From Deltaproteobacteria bacterium (GTDB lineage: Bacteria; Myxococcota; Kuafuiibacteriia; Kuafuiibacteriales; Kuafuiibacteriaceae): DNA of 64,000 nt. Under the pieces are notes generated by a model that searched no databases, had not been told where the DNA came from, and saw only the letters and a list, made by a program, of their open reading frames with translations. Shown here piece by piece: positions 31,200-41,164 of the stretch; within the stretch, counting starts at the first letter, position 1; every line of letters starts with the position of its first letter. The translations under genes and the position numbers were made by a program. Location of the stretch: positions 64,001 through 128,000 of the forward strand of contig JAVJQW010000022.1 in the NCBI GenBank assembly GCA_040218735.1, in the 5' to 3' direction.

Positions 31200-34100
31200 C
31201 TCAAGTCTCCGATTTCGTCCAGCCTGCACCCCAGTCGGTTCGCGACGATCTTCACGACCTCTCGGGGGACGGCTTGGTATTCGAGCCACAGGCGTACGTC
31301 GTTGGGAGGCAGGAAGTCCCTGTAGTTCCGGTCGAACGAGCCTACGAATGCGCCGCCGACGGTGCGTGCTCGCAGCCGATCAGCGTCAGTGTTTTGGTCA
31401 GCGATGAGTCTCGCCCGTGCCGGCGGACCTCCGCTGCATGCTACGAGCGCACGTTCGAGAATCAGCGGGAGTTTCATTCCTGCCGGTACCCACAATGAAC
31501 GAGTGACTTGCTGGTAGGAGAGAGGCCAGGGCGCGATGCCTGGGAACATAGTCGCAAAATGGCGGACGCAGGAGTCGTAGGCCATCCACGTTGCCCAGCG
31601 CTCATTGCGGACGTGCCGGTAACGGTAATGCCCAGGGGCCCCGTTGCGCAGCGAGTGCAGGCGATGGCTCCCGGTGTCAGGATCGGTATATCGCAGAAGG
31701 ACCCAGTCGAAGTCCGAGCGTGGAGTCGAGTCACTCCAGTCGGCACATCCTGGCTGAAACCACTCCCGGTCGTGAGCTCTCTTATCGAGTGTTTCGAATC
31801 CGCGTGATGCGAATGCTTGTCGGAGCTCCTCGAGCGACGAGCTACAAGTTGCGATCGCGGTCGGCGGTTGCTTGGTCACGTGGAAGGGGCCTGAGTCGCG
31901 GACGGCACCGCGGAGACGAAATACAGGCAGGCTGGTTTCCGGATCTTGCGACATGTAAAGGTCGGCCCCCGTGGCCACGAGATGCCTCCAATAATCTTGA
32001 CTTGGGGTCCCGCAGACGCCCCACGTCGGATCCTCTTCGACCATGAGTGGCAGGGCGTACAGAGTCGGGCGCACGGCGCCCACAGCTGTCCAGCGTCCTC
32101 GCGTGTCGGACTGGATTTCCAGCATGCCTCGCTGCCTGAGCGCTTCAAGCGTCGCGGTCGTCGTCCGTTCGGATCGTTTCCCAAGGTATCGGCGCAAGAT
32201 GTTCCGTGCCCTGCCGTATGCCATCCGTCCAGAGCCCTGAGATAGCGCATCCAGGAAACGCAGCTCCGGACAGTCGAGCGGCAATTGGGTCAGGTCATTG
32301 CAGACTCTTCCGAGTCGATGCGCAGCCACATTGATTCGGTTCGGCACCGCAGAACCTCGATCGGAGCCCTTCACCAGCATTCCGTGAACTGCTATGCCCC
32401 GTTCTAGCGAGCCGCGTGCCGGCACCAGGCCGATCGCTCCGGCGGTTTGCTCAGCGCCGCCGACCGCCAGCCGCAACTTGGCTTCGCCGAGGATTCTGCC
32501 CTCTGGCGACGTCACGGACAGGGTGAACAGCCGGTCGTCGCTCTCGACCTGGAGTTCGAATGTCCTGCGAGTAGACGGTTGGAGGAAACCTGGCTGTGAA
32601 GATCCACCAGCCGTGTCGGTGGTTTCGGCTATCGTGAGGCCCGGCGTTCGTATCTTGCAGCCAGGCGGAGCATCCACCTCGGCCATTGGCAGGTCGTGGG
32701 CGAGATAAGCGACGCGGCCCGCTCGGCGGATGCGCAGGCCTCCAATCAGGCGGATCGCTCTTGGACGTGAAGCGCTGGGGGGTACACCGGGGAGCTGGTC
32801 GCGCTGGTCAACGGTGAGTGTTGCTGCGTCCTCTAGGAAGAGCAGGCGCCAGCCGAAGGGGAGTCCTTGGCCAGGACACGTCTCGAGTTTGACGCGCTCT
32901 AGGCTCACCACGTGGTCGAAGTTCCGGTTCTCGGGGCTCACCAAGAGGTAGGTCGCACCTTGGGCGGGCATCGCGTCGAGTTCGACTAGGCAGCGATGTC
33001 GGCGGCTGAACTCGAGAACGGTGAGCGGTGATGCCGCCCACGTGAGGTCCTTCCGCCGCTCCGACGGTCGGAACCCATCGTCGAAGAATACGCTGAGCTT
33101 CAACTCCGAGGTCATGAGCTCGCAGTGTGCGCTATTCGACCCATCTGGTTTTGCCACTGCATAGGCGCTGCCATCGTATGCAGCGTGCCACCGCGCAGTA
33201 CCGTACTCCAGTGTGACGCGACCATCGTCCCGGAACGAAGGCATCCGCCATCCCAGTTGCCACGGTGGGCTGTTCCCGTCCGCGAACAGCGCGATACCGA
33301 GTCGAGAGTACGCGCGATGAGTCTTCGTTGGAGCCTCTTCCTCTTCTCCGGACTGCGTGCTGCCGTCCCAGTCCAACAGGATCTGGTTGAGACGTTCGAT
33401 CAATGCGCTTCGGTAATCCTCCTGAGCCGATGCATCTCTAATGCCGCGACTCAATACGTGCTCGTCGTGGATGCGGCCAAGCACCGTCCCTACCCGATCC
33501 AGAGGCATGGGTTCCCCGGGAGTCAGCCGGAGCTTGGAGAAGAGCGTGTGCAGTTTTTCGATGTCACTCGCCCGGATGATGGACTGTGACTTGAGCATGC
33601 CAATCACGGGGCGGCCACCGAGAGTGCGCGCCTTGAAGACACCAAACTTGCCCTTCGTTTCGGCTGTCCACTTCTGAAGGTCACGCCATAGTGCGTTGAC
33701 TCTGTCTAGCTCGTTCATCCCCCAGCTGTTTGGCAGCGCCAGACGGTCTTGTGCGTGCGCGTAGAAGCCACCCTCTCCGTGTTGGTATTCGACCGAGAGC
33801 GCAACCAGCGCCGCGAGGACCGGTAGGTACGGCGGGAAGTTGTCGGAGGCGGCTCCGTAAGAAAGATGACGCGTTGGATGGATGTAGCCCTGGGGCCGGC
33901 TGGCAGCGTGCCGCCTCTGCCGCATTAACCCGAGCGCCAGGTTCGTCAGGGCTCGCCCATCCGAAAGTTTCCAAGGCGGACCGTGCTGTACGGCCTGGAG
34001 GAGACCCTCGAAGCCGCCGAGTTCGGGCGCGATATCGTCGAGCTCGGCGCGCGAGAGTGAAAACGTGACCTCCTCATCCGCCTGAGTGGGGGAGAAGAAG

Positions 34101-34579
34101 TCGCGGAGCAGGGCGGCGTTCCATGCGCCGAACATGTCACCTTGCTCGAAACCGTCACTTTGCGGCGAGCTTGGACTTGCGCGGTTCGTGACGATCGTTC
34201 GAACTCCAACTCCGGGAAACGGATTGCCTCCCTCCGTGATGACTTCTACGGCAATGCATTGCTCCTCTTCCTTGAGTACCAAGAGACTGGGTACGGGCGT
34301 CACGGCCTGTGAGCTGTAGGCGCGTACCAGCGCTTCGTGGTCGACGTCGCCGTCAGCGATCAGCACGATCGCAGTTGCTCCGGTGGATGTTGCCTCGGAG
34401 ATGATCTTGCCGTAGTTCTCCGGCGCCCCAAGGGCCTCGATCAGCAACCCGTTCAAGTCCAGCGCCGACTCAAGTGCGGCTATTGCCGGTTGGTATTCGT
34501 CCTTGCTCGCCGACGAATCGTCGATGCCGCCTAGTGCCTCCGACAGAAGATCGTCCATATCATGGTGGGTGGTGTTCAC
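31196..34579 (-). CDS. druH: Large protein coupled to the helicase; Druantia type III DruH-like
   Basis: 1127 aa directly upstream of the DruE-like gene; [43 protein letters not shown]. Assignment by context and recalled resemblance. Confidence 0.65.
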   Translation of the reverse strand: MNTTHHDMDDLLSEALGGIDDSSASKDEYQPAIAALESALDLNGLLIEALGAPENYGKIISEATSTGATAIVLIADGDVDHEALVRAYSSQAVTPVPSLLVLKEEEQCIAVEVITEGGNPFPGVGVRTIVTNRASPSSPQSDGFEQGDMFGAWNAALLRDFFSPTQADEEVTFSLSRAELDDIAPELGGFEGLLQAVQHGPPWKLSDGRALTNLALGLMRQRRHAASRPQGYIHPTRHLSYGAASDNFPPYLPVLAALVALSVEYQHGEGGFYAHAQDRLALPNSWGMNELDRVNALWRDLQKWTAETKGKFGVFKARTLGGRPVIGMLKSQSIIRASDIEKLHTLFSKLRLTPGEPMPLDRVGTVLGRIHDEHVLSRGIRDASAQEDYRSALIERLNQILLDWDGSTQSGEEEEAPTKTHRAYSRLGIALFADGNSPPWQLGWRMPSFRDDGRVTLEYGTARWHAAYDGSAYAVAKPDGSNSAHCELMTSELKLSVFFDDGFRPSERRKDLTWAASPLTVLEFSRRHRCLVELDAMPAQGATYLLVSPENRNFDHVVSLERVKLETCPGQGLPFGWRLLFLEDAATLTVDQRDQLPGVPPSASRPRAIRLIGGLRIRRAGRVAYLAHDLPMAEVDAPPGCKIRTPGLTIAETTDTAGGSSQPGFLQPSTRRTFELQVESDDRLFTLSVTSPEGRILGEAKLRLAVGGAEQTAGAIGLVPARGSLERGIAVHGMLVKGSDRGSAVPNRINVAAHRLGRVCNDLTQLPLDCPELRFLDALSQGSGRMAYGRARNILRRYLGKRSERTTTATLEALRQRGMLEIQSDTRGRWTAVGAVRPTLYALPLMVEEDPTWGVCGTPSQDYWRHLVATGADLYMSQDPETSLPVFRLRGAVRDSGPFHVTKQPPTAIATCSSSLEELRQAFASRGFETLDKRAHDREWFQPGCADWSDSTPRSDFDWVLLRYTDPDTGSHRLHSLRNGAPGHYRYRHVRNERWATWMAYDSCVRHFATMFPGIAPWPLSYQQVTRSLWVPAGMKLPLILERALVACSGGPPARARLIADQNTDADRLRARTVGGAFVGSFDRNYRDFLPPNDVRLWLEYQAVPREVVKIVANRLGCRLDEIGDLR

Positions 34580-35023
34580 TGGCGGCGTTCGCTACGGTCA
34601 TCATTGGGGGGGGGTGTCGTTCAGTCTCCTCGATGAGGGCTCGCAGTCGATGTCGGTCTGCTTCAGGTGATCTCACTGCGCGGGGCAGCTCGGTAGACTC
34701 ATTGAGGCAGGCTTACCCCCTGTTGATTATGGGAGCAACTCGCATTGCATGCGCGCGGTGAGGCCGAATTCCGCACGCTCATTCCCATCGAGCGGCCAGG
34801 TAGATTCGCTCGCACAAGCCGGTCGGGGACATGCGCCTCTTGATGCTGGCCAGTTCTGTTTTCCGTGTTCGGTTCGTCTTGCATTGCTACACTGAGGCTT
34901 GGCCATCGGCGTCCCAAACCACTGAAAGTAGGCACCGAAGCGCCTTCTAGAGATGCCAACGCATTCTCCGTCCGGTCACGGCCTTGGCCGGTAGCTGGGC
35001 TCGTCAAGCCCGAGGTTCTCCGG

Positions 35024-36247
35024 TCAACCAGCAGCGGCTCGACGATTCTCGTTCTCACCAGACATGCGGATGATATGCTCGTCCAGTGCTGCCAAGAAGT
35101 CGTCTCTGAACCTGAGCGTGCTGCGCTTCGTGCGCTTTCGAAAGCCCTCCGTAGCTCGCAGCGAAAGGAGGCGCCCCGCACCGAGGAAGGTATGGAGGTC
35201 CTTGTAGGCATAGCACTTCGGCCACTCGGTTAGTTCGGGCGCTCGGTAGGCGCGACCTTGGCGACCCCACGCCGCAACTGGCCACCGCGCGCCAGCTGGA
35301 ATCGGCTCGTAGATCTTGGTGATCGGCGCGGCCGGTTTCCCGAGACGTTGGCCAACCCACCGCGCTACGGGGACGCTCACCGCATTCCCGGCGAGCTTCC
35401 ATCGCGGTCCGTTTCTGCGTTTGGAGTCCTCGACAGCCGGACGGGTCCAGTTGCGCGGAAAGCCTTGGAGCCGTTCAGCGTCCACCAGCTCAGGCGTGAC
35501 GATGTCACCATTTGGAAGCCAAACCGCAGGCGGGGACGGGATTCCTACCGTCGAGCCTCCCTTGAGCGTCGGAATCGCGTTGATTCCCCAGCCCAGCCCT
35601 CGGATGCCTTCGGTCCAATAGAAGCCGTAGGCGATGCGCTTGTCTTCGTCGAATGCGCGCTCACCTTCCTCGTCGGCGAACAACACGGTTCGAGGATCTT
35701 CGGTCTGCGAAGCGAGCAGGATGACACGTCGGCGGCGCTGCGGGAGACCAAAGGCACGGGTGTCGACGACGCGGTAGCACCATGTGTACCCCATGTCCGA
35801 AAGCGTGTCGGTCAGGAACCGCATCGCGCGTCCGCGCTCGAGCTGAAGCATGAAAGGGACGTTCTCGATCAGCACCCACTTCGGCCGGGGCTTCATCGTT
35901 CGCATCAAGCGAAACATGTGCGAGACGAGCCCCGACTTCTCGCCCTCGATCCCCTGCGTGCGTCCTGCCTGGCTGAGGTCCTGACACGGGAAACCGCCGG
36001 CGAGCACGTCCACAGGGGGGATCTTGGAAGCCTGCAGATCACGAACGTCGGGGTGCAGCGGAACGTCGAAATGGTGCCTAAGCACCCGGGCCGCAGACTC
36101 GTCGAACTCGCAGAGGAGCTCGGCTCGATGGCCGGCGCGGCGCATCCCGAGCTCGATTCCACCGATCCCTGCGAACAGTCCAGCGACTTTCAATGATTCC
36201 CCTCTACTAGGGAACATGCTGACCTGCGCACTTGTGGCCCCTGGCAT
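35024..36247 (-). CDS. dcm: DNA (cytosine-5)-methyltransferase
   Basis: LFAGIGG, GGFPCQDLS, IENV, PQRRRRV, RLQGFP, AGNAV. Start uncertain (36217-36316). Confidence 0.96.
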   Translation of the reverse strand: MPGATSAQVSMFPSRGESLKVAGLFAGIGGIELGMRRAGHRAELLCEFDESAARVLRHHFDVPLHPDVRDLQASKIPPVDVLAGGFPCQDLSQAGRTQGIEGEKSGLVSHMFRLMRTMKPRPKWVLIENVPFMLQLERGRAMRFLTDTLSDMGYTWCYRVVDTRAFGLPQRRRRVILLASQTEDPRTVLFADEEGERAFDEDKRIAYGFYWTEGIRGLGWGINAIPTLKGGSTVGIPSPPAVWLPNGDIVTPELVDAERLQGFPRNWTRPAVEDSKRRNGPRWKLAGNAVSVPVARWVGQRLGKPAAPITKIYEPIPAGARWPVAAWGRQGRAYRAPELTEWPKCYAYKDLHTFLGAGRLLSLRATEGFRKRTKRSTLRFRDDFLAALDEHIIRMSGENENRRAAAG

Positions 36248-36302
36248 CGGGTCACACCATATCTCGAGGTCGATGCATTTGCATTGGTGGATTCGCCGTC
36301 CC

Positions 36303-36788
36303 TCAAGATATGACAAGGAGACCCGAATCGAGGTTCGAGCGCGGTGTCTTGCGACGATCGAACACGAGTGTCGACACCGTTTCCGCGGCAGAGACCGGGT
36401 CCACGTGGGCCCAGATCCGGATGACGTACCACGCCGCCCCGGCGAGCTTCTCGTTCGTGTCGCGATCGCGGCACCGGTTCGTCTCGATCTTGTCGCGCCA
36501 GAACGCCGCGTTCGCTTTCGGCCACGTCGCGTGCTCGGGGCAGCCGTGCCAGAAGCAGCCGTCCACGTAGATGGCGAGTCTCAGGCGTCGGAACACGATG
36601 TCAGCGCGACGCCGAAGACCGTCGATCACCTTCGCATCGATTCGGTAGCCGCGAACACCCAGCGCATACAGGCACCGGCGCAGCTCAAGCTCGGGGCGCG
36701 TGTCTCGTCGACGCGTCCGCTCCATTCGACGCTTTGCTTCGGGTGAAGAGGGGCGCGGCCCTCGCCGACGCGACCTCGCGTTGCTCAC
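36303..36788 (-). CDS. vsr: Very short patch repair endonuclease
   Basis: RDTRPELELRR, RADIVF, VDGCFWHGCPEH, FWRDKIETNR.RD. Confidence 0.95.
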   Translation of the reverse strand: MSNARSRRRGPRPSSPEAKRRMERTRRRDTRPELELRRCLYALGVRGYRIDAKVIDGLRRRADIVFRRLRLAIYVDGCFWHGCPEHATWPKANAAFWRDKIETNRCRDRDTNEKLAGAAWYVIRIWAHVDPVSAAETVSTLVFDRRKTPRSNLDSGLLVIS

Positions 36789-39094
36789 ACGAACCTCCGC
36801 AGAACGTCAAGCCACCGCGTCGCGATGGCTCGTCGAGCTCCGGCTTCGAACAGAGGACCAAGGTCGAGACCGAACAGCGGACCAAGGTCGAGACCAACGA
36901 GCCACGCCGGGAGGTCGAGTGAGTCGCCGATGGGCACACCGAGAAAGAGCCCGACGCCAAGCGCGGTGTTCACCGATCCAACTCCCCCGTGCACGAAGCC
37001 CGCCTCTCCGTTCACCTGGTACCGTGCGCCGCGAACGCCGGCGCCCTCGAGCGCGAAGCTCGCTGAGGAAGCCCCGGAGACGAGGCGCGCCTCTCCCTCT
37101 ACCCTGTACGCAGCGCGGACGACGCCGGCTCCGTCGCAAACCACCAGTTCGCTGACGTCGAGCTCGCCGATCTCGAGCCCCAACCCGCCGCCCGGTCTCG
37201 AAGGCACCGGCCAGCAGCGATGCTCATGCGCCCAGTCCTCAAGACCATCGATGTCGCGAACGAAGAGTGCGCGAAGATCGGCCGGGGGCCGCGACCACCA
37301 AGGCACGACTCGCTGCGGGCCACCGAAGCCTTCCTCGGTGTAGCTGACGCTTTCCCAGTAGCGTGCTCGCTCGTGCGCCGAGGCTTGATTCGCGAGATGC
37401 ACGATCACGTCATCGAGGAACCGAACGATTGCTTCCTCGCCGATTCCCTCCCGATCCGGACCGGGCTTCAGCGGAAAAGCGCCGAGACTCGGCAAGAGCT
37501 CGCCATGCTTTCGAAGCACTTCCACATCCGCCCCGGGATAAACAGCATAGGCTCCAACCGCGCCGAGGATCGCATCGCGATATGCGTGCATTTTGGTGAT
37601 GTCCGCTGGCGGCACTCGCGTCGTTTCTTCGCCGAGTGCGTCGACCGCCCTCTCGACACGATACTTGGCGTCGAAGTGTAGACGAACAGGCGTGGTCCAT
37701 GCTCCGGCGGGCTCGAGGAGACGAACCTCTAGCGAGCAATCCGGGCGCATTGACCGCGACCAGGTGCCGTCGCCGAGCTCGTACGAGCGTTCGTACACGA
37801 GATCGAGTGCCATCCTTCGACCGAGTCGAGCGACGAGTGCCCGGACCGCGGCGCGTCGGCCCCGGCGAAGCGCAAAGTCGACGCCAGTGGTCGTCGACCG
37901 AACCAAGGACTCGACGTCGAGCTCTTGGCCCGATAGACGCGCAACGATTCCCGCAAGGCGCAGGAACACCCAATACTCGTACAGGGTCGCAACGTCCCTC
38001 TGGCCCGCGCCATAGACGTCCTCGCCGCCTTGCCATTCGAGTTGCGCGCCGACCTGCGACAGCAGGAACGCCTCGAAGAGCTCGCGATAGCCCGGGCGCC
38101 GCTCGAGGACCTGATTGCCGACCGGGAAGCGAACGAGATCCTCCACGTTCCTCAGAACCGGGTGGCGGAGTAGATCGTTGAGAACGGCGTCCACCTCTTC
38201 GGTTTCGCGAAGCCCACGATTGACAGCGGCAGGAATCCTTCTGTCCGTTCCCGTCTTCTCGGCCAGCAGCGCGTCACGAAGACGCCACGTCACCGCGCGC
38301 CACTCCTCGAGCACGAATCGCACGAACCGATTGGGGATGGAGTCGGTCGTCTCTTCGTGACGAAGACGCTCGAGATCGGCTGGCAGCATCAGTGGTTCAC
38401 GTCCTGGCCACGGCTGCTTGGGGCCGGGCTTGGCGATCAGGCGAGCGACGCGGGACGTCGCGCGCAACGGCTGTCCCGGCAGCACGGTCTCGGGGTACTC
38501 GCGCCATTCCACGTGTGGGCGAGCCAGGACTACGGCGAGCGCTCCACGGAGGCGCGTCCCCATCAGCATCGCACGTACGAGTCGGAACTGAGCGTGGAGC
38601 CCATGGGGATCGCCCAAGGTGTCGGGTCGAAGCCGTTGCTCGGTCGCGGCGAACCGACGGAGCACGAGCTCCGTCGCAACGTTCGCGATGTCTTCGAGCA
38701 TGTTCCGATAGTCGTCGAGGTAGCCGAGCTTCTTCGAACGCACCTCGACGGCGACCTCGTCCAAGCGACGTCCGCCGACCACGATGCCGATCGGGAGACG
38801 CCCGGTATGCTCACGAGGACGAAGACGACCCGTTCGGCCGGAGGCATCGTCTGCGGAGATCAGATCGTCGGGTTCGATGCGAACAGGACCCGGCAGGTCG
38901 ACCTCGTAGCGATACTCGACCCCCTCGACCAGCTGAACTGGTTCTAAGGTCGTGGGTGGGTCGGCTCGAAGATCGAGCAGAGGAGGGACTGTTGGGTTGC
39001 GATCTCGGCCGAGCACCGAGATTCGAAGGCTGCCGATTATGGCGGTGTTCGTCGGATCGACGAGCGGCAGCTCGACGTGATCGACGGGAGCCAT
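36785..39094 (-). CDS. McrC-like DUF2357 / PD-(D/E)xK nuclease
   Basis: DSIPNRFVRF, PGYRELF, LYEYWVF, MRPDCSL...FDAKYR...DITKMHAYRDAI. Confidence 0.9.
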   Translation of the reverse strand: MAPVDHVELPLVDPTNTAIIGSLRISVLGRDRNPTVPPLLDLRADPPTTLEPVQLVEGVEYRYEVDLPGPVRIEPDDLISADDASGRTGRLRPREHTGRLPIGIVVGGRRLDEVAVEVRSKKLGYLDDYRNMLEDIANVATELVLRRFAATEQRLRPDTLGDPHGLHAQFRLVRAMLMGTRLRGALAVVLARPHVEWREYPETVLPGQPLRATSRVARLIAKPGPKQPWPGREPLMLPADLERLRHEETTDSIPNRFVRFVLEEWRAVTWRLRDALLAEKTGTDRRIPAAVNRGLRETEEVDAVLNDLLRHPVLRNVEDLVRFPVGNQVLERRPGYRELFEAFLLSQVGAQLEWQGGEDVYGAGQRDVATLYEYWVFLRLAGIVARLSGQELDVESLVRSTTTGVDFALRRGRRAAVRALVARLGRRMALDLVYERSYELGDGTWSRSMRPDCSLEVRLLEPAGAWTTPVRLHFDAKYRVERAVDALGEETTRVPPADITKMHAYRDAILGAVGAYAVYPGADVEVLRKHGELLPSLGAFPLKPGPDREGIGEEAIVRFLDDVIVHLANQASAHERARYWESVSYTEEGFGGPQRVVPWWSRPPADLRALFVRDIDGLEDWAHEHRCWPVPSRPGGGLGLEIGELDVSELVVCDGAGVVRAAYRVEGEARLVSGASSASFALEGAGVRGARYQVNGEAGFVHGGVGSVNTALGVGLFLGVPIGDSLDLPAWLVGLDLGPLFGLDLGPLFEAGARRAIATRWLDVLRRFV
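36847..36894. repeat. 24-bp tandem duplication (1 mismatch), in frame
   Basis: cgaacagaggaccaaggtcgagac / cgaacagcggaccaaggtcgagac; encodes GLDLGPLF twice. Confidence 0.9.
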
Positions 39095-39097
39095 TCG

Positions 39098-40699
39098 TCA
39101 GTCCCAGAACGAGGCGAACTGGTTCGCGTGCAGCGCTCGAATCATGCGTCGGACCTTTCGCGCTGCGCCCGGAAGATCGGGCGCATCGATGGGGGCAGCT
39201 GGGTCGTAGACTGGAGCGTCGAGCTCGGCAACGACGTCGTTGGCGAACGCACCGACGACGCGGAGCACGGGTTCGAGAGCACGGCGAGACCCGTGGAGGC
39301 GTGGGAGGATCTTCTGGAGAACGAATAAGTCGAGTGCTTCGTGGTGGTCGCCACCAGCGATGGCCAGCAAGGCGGAGAGGCGGACTCCCTCGAAGAAGGT
39401 TCGATGCCCGAACTCGACTCCCTGCGAGGCGAGCGCGGCGTGGAGACGCCGAACGGCGGCGACGAACTCCTCCGCGAATGGCGGCGGATGATCGCGATGA
39501 TAGTCGTCGTCGCGCGCCAAGACTGCAAAGCCTCGAGCGAGCTCGCCGGGCCCAGGTTCGACGACTCCCGGTCGAGCGACGCCAGATGCGTCGGAGGGTA
39601 GAGCGTCGGTGCCGACGCGGAACTCGATAGTGTTCGCGCGGTCGAGGACTTTGGGCGACATTGCGAACGTCGTTTCGTCGACGTTCACCGTCCCGACGAT
39701 GAAGAGATTCTCCGGGAATGGAAGGGCGGCTGCCGCCCCCTCCGCACAGTACCAGTCGTCGTCGACAGCTTCGAGATTCGGGACGACTGGCGTCCTCGAC
39801 TCGATACCCGACAGCGCGTCGGCGAAGTACCGCTCGATGTGTGCGAGGTTCATCTCGTCGAGGAGGAGCAGGTACGGTCTATTGGGGTCATGGGCGGCTC
39901 TGATCACGAACTCGAGCGTCGACGGAACCACCCACGGCCGACGCCCATCATCTGCCGGAGTGCGGAGCGCATCCTCATAGCCAAAGAGGTACTCGGGGCC
40001 TGTCCAATCCGGGCGGACAGGTACGAGGAGAAGCTGGTCGTCGCCGAGCCAGCGTCCGAACTGGAGCGCCAATTGCGTCTTCCCCGACCCCGACAGGCCT
40101 GTGAGCACGACGAATCTCTTCGTCGCCAAGCTACACACGAACGCCCTCGTCAGTCGTTCATGACGAGAACCGAAATCGAGTCCGACGTCGCGGACGGCGG
40201 TCGCAAACTCTCTGGCGACGCGCGCGATGTCGACAACGGCTTCGACGTCCGCAGTCTGCTCGCGCTCCTCCTCTTGGGGCGCGACCAGTTCGACCGTCAA
40301 GCCATCGTCCAAACGCTCCTGGACGAGGCGAACCATATGGCTGCCGGGATCCGCGACTATGGTTCCGACGCGCCAACGTTGCTCGACGTCGTCATAGAAG
40401 TTGAAGATCGCGCTGGCGACTTGCCTCGACCACGTTCGGTCATGCCAGTGCTCTTTCGCCGAGCGCACGGCACGGTCATGCGTCCTCTTGTTCCGCACCG
40501 TGAGACTGAGGAGGCCGCCGCTCGCCCCCGTCGCCTGCGAAAACTTGTTCTTGAGCTGCTGGCTAGGATTCGACACAGAGGTCCCGTAGCACTTCACCAT
40601 GCCGTCATCCGCGTCCAGTAGCTCCGTCAGCCACTCTTCCAGCTCCGACGGAATTACCAGCCGATTCGCTGCGTCGACGTCCTCGGGAGACGGATGCAT
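39098..40699 (-). CDS. McrB-like AAA+ GTPase
   Basis: GLSGSGKT, VPVRPDWT, LLLDEMNLA, GTVNVDETT, SPKVLDRAN, QKILPRLHG. Confidence 0.92.
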   Translation of the reverse strand: MHPSPEDVDAANRLVIPSELEEWLTELLDADDGMVKCYGTSVSNPSQQLKNKFSQATGASGGLLSLTVRNKRTHDRAVRSAKEHWHDRTWSRQVASAIFNFYDDVEQRWRVGTIVADPGSHMVRLVQERLDDGLTVELVAPQEEEREQTADVEAVVDIARVAREFATAVRDVGLDFGSRHERLTRAFVCSLATKRFVVLTGLSGSGKTQLALQFGRWLGDDQLLLVPVRPDWTGPEYLFGYEDALRTPADDGRRPWVVPSTLEFVIRAAHDPNRPYLLLLDEMNLAHIERYFADALSGIESRTPVVPNLEAVDDDWYCAEGAAAALPFPENLFIVGTVNVDETTFAMSPKVLDRANTIEFRVGTDALPSDASGVARPGVVEPGPGELARGFAVLARDDDYHRDHPPPFAEEFVAAVRRLHAALASQGVEFGHRTFFEGVRLSALLAIAGGDHHEALDLFVLQKILPRLHGSRRALEPVLRVVGAFANDVVAELDAPVYDPAAPIDAPDLPGAARKVRRMIRALHANQFASFWD

Positions 40700-41108
40700 G
40701 GCGTCGAACGTACGCTGCGCCGCGGGCCGATCCACACTCGCCCCAATCGCCCAATCCTGGGGCCATGGCAATGCGGAATTGAGCAGCCGGTTGGAATGGA
40801 GCGCGGTTTCTCGTTCGGACTCGGGCTGCCACCATCCGCATCGGCTGCGTCTTCGCAACAACGCATTACGTTCGACCAGAGAGCTAGCAACAAGCGGCAG
40901 GGTCTCTGCTCGGAGAACCGCCGCGACGCGGGCGGAGGTCTGCGGTCGCCTTCGAGTCCGACTGCTTCACCGTCTGCGTCTTGCTGTCCTTCCGTCCCGC
41001 GCCGCGCAACTTCGAAACACCATCGCTCTGGCTTCAACCCGCATCCGCAGGCGATCACGGCGTCGCAGTAGGTCGCCTAGTCTGATCGCTCGCCGCGCAC
41101 CCGCGCTC

Positions 41109-41144
41109 GAGGGCAAGTGTAAGGGCAAGTTCAAGTTCAAGGGG
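41109..41144. repeat. Short hexamer-periodic tract (AAGNNN)n
   Basis: gagggc aagtgt aagggc aagttc aagttc aagggg. Confidence 0.6.
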
Positions 41145-41164
41145 CCGTTGGGCTGCGCCCTCGG

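Larger units (their letters stand above)
22420..41100 (-). other. Horizontally acquired defence island (no integrase seen)
   Basis: Visibly more A/T and weaker codon bias than the flanks; seven co-oriented nucleic-acid-acting genes; decayed remnants at the left edge. Boundaries approximate. Confidence 0.8.

Noticed and set aside
34620-35020. Small gene between dcm and druH-like
   Set aside because: Only short frames without motifs or a clear RBS; cannot be supported.
23206-36247. DISARM class II call (helicase + DUF1998 + 5mC MTase)
   Set aside because: No separate DrmB, PLD (DrmC) or DrmE genes; helicase and DUF1998-like domain are fused in a ~2100-aa protein, as in DruE.
22420-41100. Prophage or ICE interpretation of the island
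   Set aside because: No integrase, tRNA, att repeats, phage or conjugation genes visible.
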